IMG/VR virus record: IMGVR_UViG_3300034069_001161 | Coordinates: 1 to 64,000 of that record | Length of the DNA: 64,000 nt | From: a virus | Direction: 5' to 3' (one strand) | Part shown: positions 42,050-50,100 of the stretch, in pieces | How positions within the stretch are numbered: the stretch's first letter is position 1 | Layout: every line of letters starts with the position of its first letter | Position numbers and translations under genes: made by a program | The notes under the pieces: model-generated | Database searches by the model: none | Told to the model about the DNA's origin: nothing | Seen by the model: only the letters and a program-made list of their open reading frames with translations

Positions 42050-42588
42050 TCTTTCACGGCACGCTGCGCCAGCTCTTCGGCGAAAGCTACGAGATGTCGG
42101 CGGCCACCCCGGCCGAGGCCCTCGAAGGCTTTTCGCGACAGGTCGACTGGCCGCGCGATATCACCGTCCATCTCGTCGGCTTCAATACGGTTGAGAAGTT
42201 GAAGGACAACGCTGAACAGGTCCACGTCATGCCCGCGCTGCGCGGTGGTGGCGGCAAGTTCGGCTCGATCATTTTGGGCGCGGCGGTCGTCGCGGTCGGC
42301 GTGGCGCTGACCGTCACCGGGGCCGGCGCGGTCGGCATTCCCCTCATCATCAGCGGCTCGCTGATGATGGTGCAAGGTGTCATCGCTCTTTTCCTCAAGT
42401 CGCCCAAGCTCAAGAGCGTGGACGATCCGGAGGCGTCCAAGTATCTTCCGATAAATCGGAACACCACTGCCGTCGGTACGCCCATGACCCACGCGTGGGG
42501 CCGTATCGATCTTGCAGGCCACTGGCTGAGCCTCCAGTCGGACAGCACCAACCTGTCCTTCGGCTCTTTCCCTGCTTCGCCAAGTTAA
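42040..42588 (+). CDS. tail assembly protein, lambda gpI-like (182 aa)
   Basis: The N-terminus MRLIFHGTLRQLFGESYEM is ubiquitin-like. The mid-region GGGGKFGSIILGAAVVAVGVALTVTGAGAVG is Gly-rich and hydrophobic, as is typical of gpI. Confidence 0.65.
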   Translation: MRLIFHGTLRQLFGESYEMSAATPAEALEGFSRQVDWPRDITVHLVGFNTVEKLKDNAEQVHVMPALRGGGGKFGSIILGAAVVAVGVALTVTGAGAVGIPLIISGSLMMVQGVIALFLKSPKLKSVDDPEASKYLPINRNTTAVGTPMTHAWGRIDLAGHWLSLQSDSTNLSFGSFPASPS

Positions 42589-42598
42589 GGAACAACGC

Positions 42599-43855
42599 AT
42601 GAGCCTACCCATTACCGAGGAGCTGAAAGAATGGGCTACGCCCGTCCAAGCAGCCTACATCGACGCCATCCTCGCAGCGGACGGCGACTTCTACAAAGCG
42701 GCGGAGAACTTGGGCCGCCACCACAACAGTCTGCGGGCCGCCATAGCGCTGGTGCGCTCGAACGCCGCCGCCCACGGATACAGCTCGAACCCGAGCCACA
42801 ACCTCAACTCCCCAGTCCCGCATCCGTTCATCGCCAAGGGCCACTCCACGATGGAGCGTATCCACGGTGACGGCACCCGCGAGACGGTGCTGCAGTGGAC
42901 CAAGACCCGTCTCGACGATCAGGCGTGGGCCGAGCAGATTAAGGCCGGCGTCGAAGCATTCATGGCCGACCTGCCCGCGGTCGCGGCGCCGGCGGCGCCG
43001 CTGATCGAGGACAACGACCTGATCCCGTGGATCCAGATCGGCGATGCCCACCTCGGGATGCTGGCACACGAGGCGGAGACCGGCGCCAACTTCGACCTCA
43101 AGATCGCCGAGGCCGAGCTGATGGGTGCGATCGGGATCATCATCGACGACCTGCCCGCGGTCGAGCGCCTCGTCATCAACGATCTCGGCGACTTCACCCA
43201 CTACGAGAACATGGCCGGCGTCACCGAGCACAGCCGCAACGTGCTGGACTACGACGGTCGCTTTCCCAAGATGATCGAGGTCTACTCGCGCATGATGCGC
43301 GGGATCGTCGACAAGGCGCTGTCGAAGGCCGCGATCGTGGACGTGATCGTCAATCAGGGCAACCACAGCCGCACCAACGACATCTGGATGGCCGAGCTGC
43401 TACGCGTCGCCTACAACGCCTGCGGTCGCGTCAACGTGCTGAACAACCGCTCGCCGTTCATCGGCTACCGGATGGGCAACACGTTCGTGATGACGCACCA
43501 CTCTGACACCTGCCGCCCAGCCCGCCTCGCCTCCGTCATGTCGACCGACTTCGCGCGCGACTGGGGCGAGTGCGACTATCGCTACATCGACATCGGCCAC
43601 ATCCACCACAACATGGTGCTCAAAGAGCACCCCGGCGTCGTGATCGAGAGCTTCAACCAGCTCGCCGCCAAGGACAAGTGGGCGACCGACGGCGGCTACC
43701 GCTCGCGCCAGTCGATCACGATGATCTATCGCAGCCGGCGCTACGGCGAGATCGGCCGGCGCCTGCTGCCGTTGCGGCAGGTGCAGGATCGCATCCGCGC
43801 CACCGCCAACCCGGCGCACTACGTCGCCCCCGACCGCCGCGCCTTCACGGTCTGA
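42599..43855 (+). CDS. calcineurin-like metallophosphoesterase with ~150-aa N-terminal HTH-like extension (418 aa)
   Basis: Motifs in order: WIQIGDAHLG (D-x-H), INDLGDFTHYEN (GD), VNQGNHS (GNH), MTHHSD, IGHIHHN (GH-x-H). AAGGAA RBS. Confidence 0.75.
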   Translation: MSLPITEELKEWATPVQAAYIDAILAADGDFYKAAENLGRHHNSLRAAIALVRSNAAAHGYSSNPSHNLNSPVPHPFIAKGHSTMERIHGDGTRETVLQWTKTRLDDQAWAEQIKAGVEAFMADLPAVAAPAAPLIEDNDLIPWIQIGDAHLGMLAHEAETGANFDLKIAEAELMGAIGIIIDDLPAVERLVINDLGDFTHYENMAGVTEHSRNVLDYDGRFPKMIEVYSRMMRGIVDKALSKAAIVDVIVNQGNHSRTNDIWMAELLRVAYNACGRVNVLNNRSPFIGYRMGNTFVMTHHSDTCRPARLASVMSTDFARDWGECDYRYIDIGHIHHNMVLKEHPGVVIESFNQLAAKDKWATDGGYRSRQSITMIYRSRRYGEIGRRLLPLRQVQDRIRATANPAHYVAPDRRAFTV

Positions 43856-43865
43856 CGGTTGACGA

Positions 43866-43895
43866 TCTAGGGGGTTGCACCGGCGGCCCCCTAGA
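43866..43895 (+). promoter_or_regulatory. stem-loop between the MPE and tape-measure genes
   Basis: TCTAGGGGG-12 nt-CCCCCTAGA, a 9-bp perfect stem with no U tract. Confidence 0.4.
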
Positions 43896-43909
43896 GACAC
43901 AGGTGCCGG

Positions 43910-46900
43910 ATGGCGAACGCATACACGCAAGAGATCATTCTCGATGCCGACGGCAAACCAGTCGTCGATGCGCTCACGCAGGTCCGCGCCTTCATGGCGG
44001 ACATCCAGAAGATCGTCGCCGGCATCGGCGTCACTGCAGAGAAGGACGCCAAGGCATGGGCGACGGCGCTGTCGTCCAACCTCAAGCAGCTCAAGCAGGC
44101 CGAGTCCGACATTCGCGCGCTCCAGAGCGACCGGTCGAACCGTCGCCAAGGCTTCGAGCAGGCCGAGCGCGGCGCACGCCAGCTCGCGCAGACGGAGGTC
44201 CGCGCCGACAAGGAGGCCAACAGCCAGAAGCTGATCCAAGCCAAGGTCACCTATCGCGAGAAGGAGCAGGTGGCACGGGCCGAGGCGAACGTCGAGAAGC
44301 AACTGGCCAAAGAGGTAGCCGAGTTCGAGCGCACGCAGGACCGTGCCGCGATCGCGTCGGCTAAGGAGGTCGCCGCCGCGCGCCGGGAGGCGGCGACCGC
44401 CGCCGTCACCGCCAAGGCCCGCGGGATCACGAACCGCGATGACGCGATCGCCGCCAAGACGGCCAGTGACATGCGGCTCCAGCTGCTGCGGCGCGAGCGC
44501 GAGACCACCGCGGCCAACGACGCGGACGGCGCGCGTGGCATCGCCAATCGGATCGCCGTCGAGAAAGCGCTGGGGGCGGCGCTCGACGGCACGATCCGCA
44601 AGCTCGATCAGCAGGCCGCTGCCGAGCGGCGCGCGCAGGACGCGGCGACGCGGCGCCTGCAGGCTCAGCTGCCGCAGAGCCAGCGCCTGCTCGCACCCGG
44701 CAACGTTCGCGACGAGGTCATCCGCAGCGGCGATCCGAAATCGACGCTCGTCGGCTATCAGCTGGAGCAGGAGCTGGCCCGCCAGAACCTGCTGTCGGCG
44801 ATGCAGAACAAGAACCTGACGCTGGAGCAGGTTACCGCCGCGCGCGAGAAGCTGCAGCTTGCCAACGCCAACGTCGATGCGGCCAAGAAGCTGGTGCAGG
44901 AAGACGAGAAGCTGGTCCAGCTGGAGCAGCGCCTGGCGGCCGCCCAGCGCCAAGAGCAGATGAAGGCGCAGGTCGCCCTCTCCGGCCAGTACGCGCGCGA
45001 GCAGATCGCCGCGCTCGGCCCCAAGGAGGCGTTGCGCCGCGCGACCGAGGCGACCGCGGCGGCCGAGCAGAAGCTGGCGGCGGCGAGTGGCGAGCATATC
45101 GTGTTCGCACGCCAAGAGCTGGCGCTGGCCGAGGCGCAGCAGAAGGCGATCAAGCAGCAGGGGCAGGGCGGTCCGCTCTCGAACATCCTGTCGCCCGGCT
45201 ACGCCGCGACCGCATTTGCGCGCACGTCCATCTACGGCGCGGCGGCCGGCGCCGCCTATGGCGTGTTCGGCGCGGTGCAGGGCGGCGCCAGTCAAGTCGT
45301 CGAGATGGAGGACGAACTCCAGAAGCTGCAGGCCATCGCCAACGCCACCGACCCGCAGCTCCAGCAGCTGAAGGCGTCGATCTACGCGGTCGGCGAGTCG
45401 TCGCGCTTCTCGGTGATCGACCTCGCCAAGGTCAGCCAGACGCTGGCGCAGGCGGGCGTCTCCGCGGGCGAAATGGAGAAGGTGCTCAGCGCCGTCACCA
45501 CGCTGGCCACCGCGTCGGGCTCGACGCCGGACGAGGCCGTCAACCTCGTCACGTCGGCGCTCGGCTCGTTCCAGCTCCAGTCGAGCGAGGCCGCGCGCGT
45601 CGCCGACCTGATGACGTCGGCCCTGAACCGCACCAAGCTGACCGTGCAGCAGACCGGTCAGGCGATCCAATACGTCGGTGCCACCGCGTTCGAGCAGAAC
45701 ATCTCGCTGGAGCAGCTGCTGGGCACCGTTGGCGCCATCGCCCAGGCGGGCGTCAAGTCGGGCTCGACGATCGGCACCGGCTTCCGGCAGTTCCTCGTTG
45801 ATCTGCAGACGCCATCGGAGAAGCTCAAGACCCAGCTGGATGCCGTGGGGCTGTCAGCCTCCGAGGTCAACGTCGCGGTGCGCGGCCTGCCGGCGGTGCT
45901 CAAGTCACTGGGCGATGCGGGCTTCGGCTCGTCGCAGGCATATCAGGGTCTGGAGACCCGCGCCGCGGCCTTCTACCTCGTCGCCAAGAACAACATCCCG
46001 GTGATGGACGAGCTGCAGATGTCGTTCGCGCAGCAGGGCGCGGCGGCGATCGCCAACGAACGTGCGATGAACTCGCTGTCGGCGCAGTGGCAGCGCTTCA
46101 AGAACGTGCTGTCGGAGGGCTTCGGCGAGTCGCTGGAGACGCCGCTGATCGTTCTGCAGAACATCATCACGGCGATCACCGACAAGATCAAGGAAGGCCG
46201 CGACGCTGCCGACGAGGTGCGCAAGCTGAACGCCGAGGGCAAGGCGGGGATCATGAACTATGATCTCACCCCGGCCGCGGAGGAGACGCTCAAGCGCACG
46301 CTCAACATGCTGTCGAGCCCGACCGGGTTCACCTCGCTGGGTACGGCCGGCGGCGGCTTGGGCGATTGGTTGGAGAGCTGGACCACCAAGGCGAACGGCG
46401 CGACCGCCGCGTCCGAGCGCATGGCAACGCGCAGCGCCGAGGCGACCGAGAAGGTCGAGGGACAGAGCGGCAAGATCTCCGAGCTGGACAAGGAGATGGA
46501 GCGGCTGGTCACCCAGCAGGACAGCCTCAAGGACGGCAGCAATCAGGTCAACGTCGAGACCGTCTCGCTGACCGCGCGCTTCGAAGGGCTGGCCGCCTTT
46601 TTGACGACAACCAAGGACAAGTACGGCGACCTGATGAACGCCATGCGCGAGTACCGCGCCGAGGCGGTGCGGACGCAGGCGTCCTATCTCAACAGCCAGA
46701 TCGCCGAGCTGGGCGAGCAGGAGCGCACCTCGAAGGGCATGGCGACGCAGTACGCCAACGCCGCGCTGCGCGACCCCAAGTTCGCCAACGACGCCCGACT
46801 GCTGGAGGCGCTGCGCGCGCCGCGCGTCCGCGGCGCCGGGCAGGTGATCGCCGACGCGTCGGTCAAGTACGGCGATCAGAACTTGACCCGCCTGTCGAGC

Positions 46901-49135
46901 GAGCTGTTCAAGCTGACCGACGCGGTGAGCCGCAGCAATCTGGCGCGCTCCTCGCGCGCGGATATGATCGCGCAGAACACCGGCGCGGGGCAGAGCCTCC
47001 AGCAGCGCACCGTCGAGGTGGAGGGCCGGCTGCGCCAGTTCACCAGCCTTGACCAGCCGCAGCAGGTTCAGCAGGCGCCCACGATCCGCAACGCCGCCAA
47101 CGCGGTCGTCGCCGAGGTGAAGGCACGGCTCGCCAATCCGGCGACCGCCAAGGATGCCGTGCCGAGGCTGAACGGCTACCTCGCGCGCGCGGGCGCGGTG
47201 GTGAAGGGGATCGACGCCGCGCTCGCCCCGACCAAGGCCGAGACCGCGGAGGCGAAGCGCCGCGATCGTGAAGCAAAGGCGGCCGGGCGCGCCGCGGACC
47301 GCGAGGCCAAGCTGGTCACGCAGGCTGACGTCGACAGGATCGGTCAGGCACTGGGGCTCAAGCTCGGTAGTGGCACGCGCACTCCCGCCCAGCAGGAGGC
47401 GCTGCACGCCGCCGGCGCCACCCCGGCGCGCGGCTTCGGCCCGCGCACCAGCAACCACGTCAGCGGTACGGCGCGGGACTTCTCGGTCAGCGGCATGTCG
47501 GATGCCGAGGCGCGCCGCACGGCGGCGACGATGCGGGCGCAGTACCGCGCCGCCGGCATCGACGCGCAGGTGCTGTTCGAGGACGGCAAGACGGCTGGCA
47601 CCGGGCGTCACATCCACGTCGGCGTCCGCAAGGGTACTAACCGCCGGACCGACCAGTCAGCGGGGCTGGAGGATCGCAATCAGGCGACGCTGGCGCGCGA
47701 TCAGCTGGGGCTCGACGAGGACAATCTCAAGACGCAGCTCAAGGCGGTCTCCGAGGCCACGACGACCGGTGCGTTCGACACCGCGGTCGCCGCCGCCAAG
47801 GCCGCGCTCGACAAGGTCAACGCGCAGCTGGAGCCGGCCGCCCTAGACGAGCTGGCCGCCGCCGGTATCGCCCCCGGCTCGCCGCAGTTCGAGTTGAAGA
47901 TGCGTCAGGTACGCCAAGAGATCGCGCAGAACACCGCCGATTTCCAGCAGAAGATCACTGACGGCATCATCAAAAGCACGAAGAAGCAGCTCGAAGCCGC
48001 TGATACCGCCTTCGACGCGGCGATCGCGCCCGCGCAAGGTCGCCTCGCAATCGCGCAGGCACAGTCGTCGGGGCTTGACGCCTATTCGCTGCGCAACAAG
48101 GTGCCGGACTACGTCAAGAACTTGGCGAACGACCGCATCGCGATGAACCAAGAGGCGGTGACGCGCGCGCAGTATGCCGCCGCGCCCGCGCGCATTGATG
48201 CGCAGCAGCAGGCGATGGACGCGCTGCGGGGCACGATCGGACGCGACGGCGTCGACCCGGTGCAGGTGAACGCGCAACTGGCTACGATGAACGTTGAGCT
48301 GACGCAGCTGATCGCCAACCGCGACGCGCTGGCGGCGCAGTTGGGCGCGGGCGGGCTGGTGCCGACCACGCTGGCCGACGGCCTCAATCAGGCGATCGAG
48401 TCGTACCGCAACGCCAACAACCTCGGTCGGTCGTTCAAAGACGACATCATCATGAACCTTGGCGGTGCGATCGAGACCGTCAACACCGGTCTCGAAACGA
48501 TGTTCACCAACATCGCCAACGGTTCGCAGACCGCGTTGCAGGCTTTCGGCTCGTTCGCCAAGGGCATGATCTCATACATTCAGCAGATGCTGGCCAAGAT
48601 CTTGGCCGCCAAGGCTCTGGAGTTCCTGCTTAATCTCGTGGGCACCGCGATCGGTAGCAAGGTTGCGGGGGGCAACACCTTGGCCAGCGGCGGTGTGACC
48701 ACCGGCGTCAATGCTTCGGGCAACGTCAACGTCGGCGGCGGGATCAGCGTTGTTCCGTTCACCAGCTTCAACGGCGGCCCCGCTGGCGCGCCGATCAAGC
48801 GGCTAGGCGGCGGCTCGGTGGAGAACGGCAGCACCGCGGCCGACAGCGTCCACACCAAGCTGGCGCGCGGAGAGTGGGTGGTGAAGAAGGAGGCCGTTGA
48901 TAGCGTCGGCAACCAATTCATGGCTCGTCTCAACCAGCACGGGTCCAAGGCGCTCGACTCCTTGCAGAGCGTGCCCAAGCTCGATATGCGCAACCACACC
49001 GAGACCAACGTGTGGGTGGTGCCGCAGGGGCAGCAGCCGCAGATGGGTCCGAACGATGTGCGGATCATCCTGAACGACGAGCTGCTGAACGGTGATGGCA
49101 AGCGGCTGGTCCAGAACATTTCGAGGGAGGGGTAA
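43910..49135 (+). CDS. tape measure protein (1741 aa) with internal LAS/M15-like peptidase motif
   Basis: Long Ala/Gln/Glu/Arg-rich helical sequence with a central Gly/Ala hydrophobic region. SGTRTPAQQ...SNHVSGTARD...GRHIHVG at about 47309..47640. The size implies a tail of roughly 260 nm by the 1.5 A per residue rule. Confidence 0.85.
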   Translation: MANAYTQEIILDADGKPVVDALTQVRAFMADIQKIVAGIGVTAEKDAKAWATALSSNLKQLKQAESDIRALQSDRSNRRQGFEQAERGARQLAQTEVRADKEANSQKLIQAKVTYREKEQVARAEANVEKQLAKEVAEFERTQDRAAIASAKEVAAARREAATAAVTAKARGITNRDDAIAAKTASDMRLQLLRRERETTAANDADGARGIANRIAVEKALGAALDGTIRKLDQQAAAERRAQDAATRRLQAQLPQSQRLLAPGNVRDEVIRSGDPKSTLVGYQLEQELARQNLLSAMQNKNLTLEQVTAAREKLQLANANVDAAKKLVQEDEKLVQLEQRLAAAQRQEQMKAQVALSGQYAREQIAALGPKEALRRATEATAAAEQKLAAASGEHIVFARQELALAEAQQKAIKQQGQGGPLSNILSPGYAATAFARTSIYGAAAGAAYGVFGAVQGGASQVVEMEDELQKLQAIANATDPQLQQLKASIYAVGESSRFSVIDLAKVSQTLAQAGVSAGEMEKVLSAVTTLATASGSTPDEAVNLVTSALGSFQLQSSEAARVADLMTSALNRTKLTVQQTGQAIQYVGATAFEQNISLEQLLGTVGAIAQAGVKSGSTIGTGFRQFLVDLQTPSEKLKTQLDAVGLSASEVNVAVRGLPAVLKSLGDAGFGSSQAYQGLETRAAAFYLVAKNNIPVMDELQMSFAQQGAAAIANERAMNSLSAQWQRFKNVLSEGFGESLETPLIVLQNIITAITDKIKEGRDAADEVRKLNAEGKAGIMNYDLTPAAEETLKRTLNMLSSPTGFTSLGTAGGGLGDWLESWTTKANGATAASERMATRSAEATEKVEGQSGKISELDKEMERLVTQQDSLKDGSNQVNVETVSLTARFEGLAAFLTTTKDKYGDLMNAMREYRAEAVRTQASYLNSQIAELGEQERTSKGMATQYANAALRDPKFANDARLLEALRAPRVRGAGQVIADASVKYGDQNLTRLSSELFKLTDAVSRSNLARSSRADMIAQNTGAGQSLQQRTVEVEGRLRQFTSLDQPQQVQQAPTIRNAANAVVAEVKARLANPATAKDAVPRLNGYLARAGAVVKGIDAALAPTKAETAEAKRRDREAKAAGRAADREAKLVTQADVDRIGQALGLKLGSGTRTPAQQEALHAAGATPARGFGPRTSNHVSGTARDFSVSGMSDAEARRTAATMRAQYRAAGIDAQVLFEDGKTAGTGRHIHVGVRKGTNRRTDQSAGLEDRNQATLARDQLGLDEDNLKTQLKAVSEATTTGAFDTAVAAAKAALDKVNAQLEPAALDELAAAGIAPGSPQFELKMRQVRQEIAQNTADFQQKITDGIIKSTKKQLEAADTAFDAAIAPAQGRLAIAQAQSSGLDAYSLRNKVPDYVKNLANDRIAMNQEAVTRAQYAAAPARIDAQQQAMDALRGTIGRDGVDPVQVNAQLATMNVELTQLIANRDALAAQLGAGGLVPTTLADGLNQAIESYRNANNLGRSFKDDIIMNLGGAIETVNTGLETMFTNIANGSQTALQAFGSFAKGMISYIQQMLAKILAAKALEFLLNLVGTAIGSKVAGGNTLASGGVTTGVNASGNVNVGGGISVVPFTSFNGGPAGAPIKRLGGGSVENGSTAADSVHTKLARGEWVVKKEAVDSVGNQFMARLNQHGSKALDSLQSVPKLDMRNHTETNVWVVPQGQQPQMGPNDVRIILNDELLNGDGKRLVQNISREG

Positions 49136-49536
49136 TGGCAATCTTCGACTTTTGCCCTGATCGGAATGTGCCCGAGAATCTGCCGCGTGAGGGTTCTCCA
49201 ACCACCATGTCGACCGGCGGATGGCAATTCAGCGCTCGACCGACCACGCCATATCAGCGAAGGATGAAGCTAACCCTTCACGGGCTACGCTGGTACGTCG
49301 ACGCGGCCACTGGTCGCTACGACTACACGACCAATCCGACTTTCAACGCACGCGCGCTGGAGCGCTTCTACGAGGCTCATGAGCTGTGGCGGCCATTCAC
49401 CCTGCCCCACCAGCATTTCGGCGACATGACGGTGCGCTTCGCCCAAGCGTTGACGGTGCCAGCCGGCGAGGCGAACAGCGGCGGGTTTATCAAGCCTTTC
49501 GAGGTCATGCTTATTCATCACAACCCAGGCTATTGA
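49135..49536 (+). CDS. minor tail protein, lambda gpM-like (133 aa)
   Basis: Position directly after the tape measure gene (TAATG). ...ARALERFYEAHELWRPFTLPH... parallels lambda M EATVLESFLEEHGGWKSFLWTPP. Confidence 0.5.
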   Translation: MAIFDFCPDRNVPENLPREGSPTTMSTGGWQFSARPTTPYQRRMKLTLHGLRWYVDAATGRYDYTTNPTFNARALERFYEAHELWRPFTLPHQHFGDMTVRFAQALTVPAGEANSGGFIKPFEVMLIHHNPGY

Positions 49537-49537
49537 T

Positions 49538-50089
49538 ATGGTCTCGCTCGCCTCCGTCAGTCGTCGTTTCGAGCTACCCTTTCAGGTGATTGAGGGCGGC
49601 AGCGGCGTGGTCATGGCAATTCTGTCGGAGACCGACCAGAACTCACAGCCGAGCTACGTGTTCGTGCAGCCGCGCCACGTCCTTCGCACTCCATATCCGA
49701 CGGCGCTGCGCGCGGGCATGGTCATCCAGTCGCCCGGCGGGTCGCCCTTCATTGTCGGTGCCAACGGCCCGTCGGAGCAGCGCGAGGGAACGCTGTGGCA
49801 GAGCTTCCGTCTGTTCGAGCCAACCGGCCGATACCCGCTATCTCGCCGCACGCGGATCATGGACCCGATCGCTCGGCAGGAGAAGGAGGGTCCGATCGTT
49901 CCGCGTGGCTTGATCTGGGCCGCTCTGGAGCCGCTCGATCGCGAGCAGTCTGATCGCGAGATGCGCGTTAATTTCGAGCAGTCGCGCTTCATCACTGGCG
50001 CGGCGGTTGCCGATGGTGATTTAATCGACAACCGCGCGATCACCAAGCTGGACAGGCAGCTGGGACTTGCGATAGGCGTCCTCACCTAA
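49538..50089 (+). CDS. hypothetical tail protein (183 aa)
   Basis: ORF track. Lies between the gpM-like and J-like genes. Confidence 0.55.
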   Translation: MVSLASVSRRFELPFQVIEGGSGVVMAILSETDQNSQPSYVFVQPRHVLRTPYPTALRAGMVIQSPGGSPFIVGANGPSEQREGTLWQSFRLFEPTGRYPLSRRTRIMDPIARQEKEGPIVPRGLIWAALEPLDREQSDREMRVNFEQSRFITGAAVADGDLIDNRAITKLDRQLGLAIGVLT

Positions 50090-50100
50090 CGAGGTGATCG

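Noticed and set aside
42599-43855. Direct annotation as SbcD/Mre11 (T4 gp47-like).
   Set aside because: In SbcD/Mre11 the first D-x-H motif lies within the first ~15 residues. Here it follows a 150-aa extension, and the gene is 18 kb from the SbcC-like gene, inside the tail module. It is called only a generic metallophosphoesterase.
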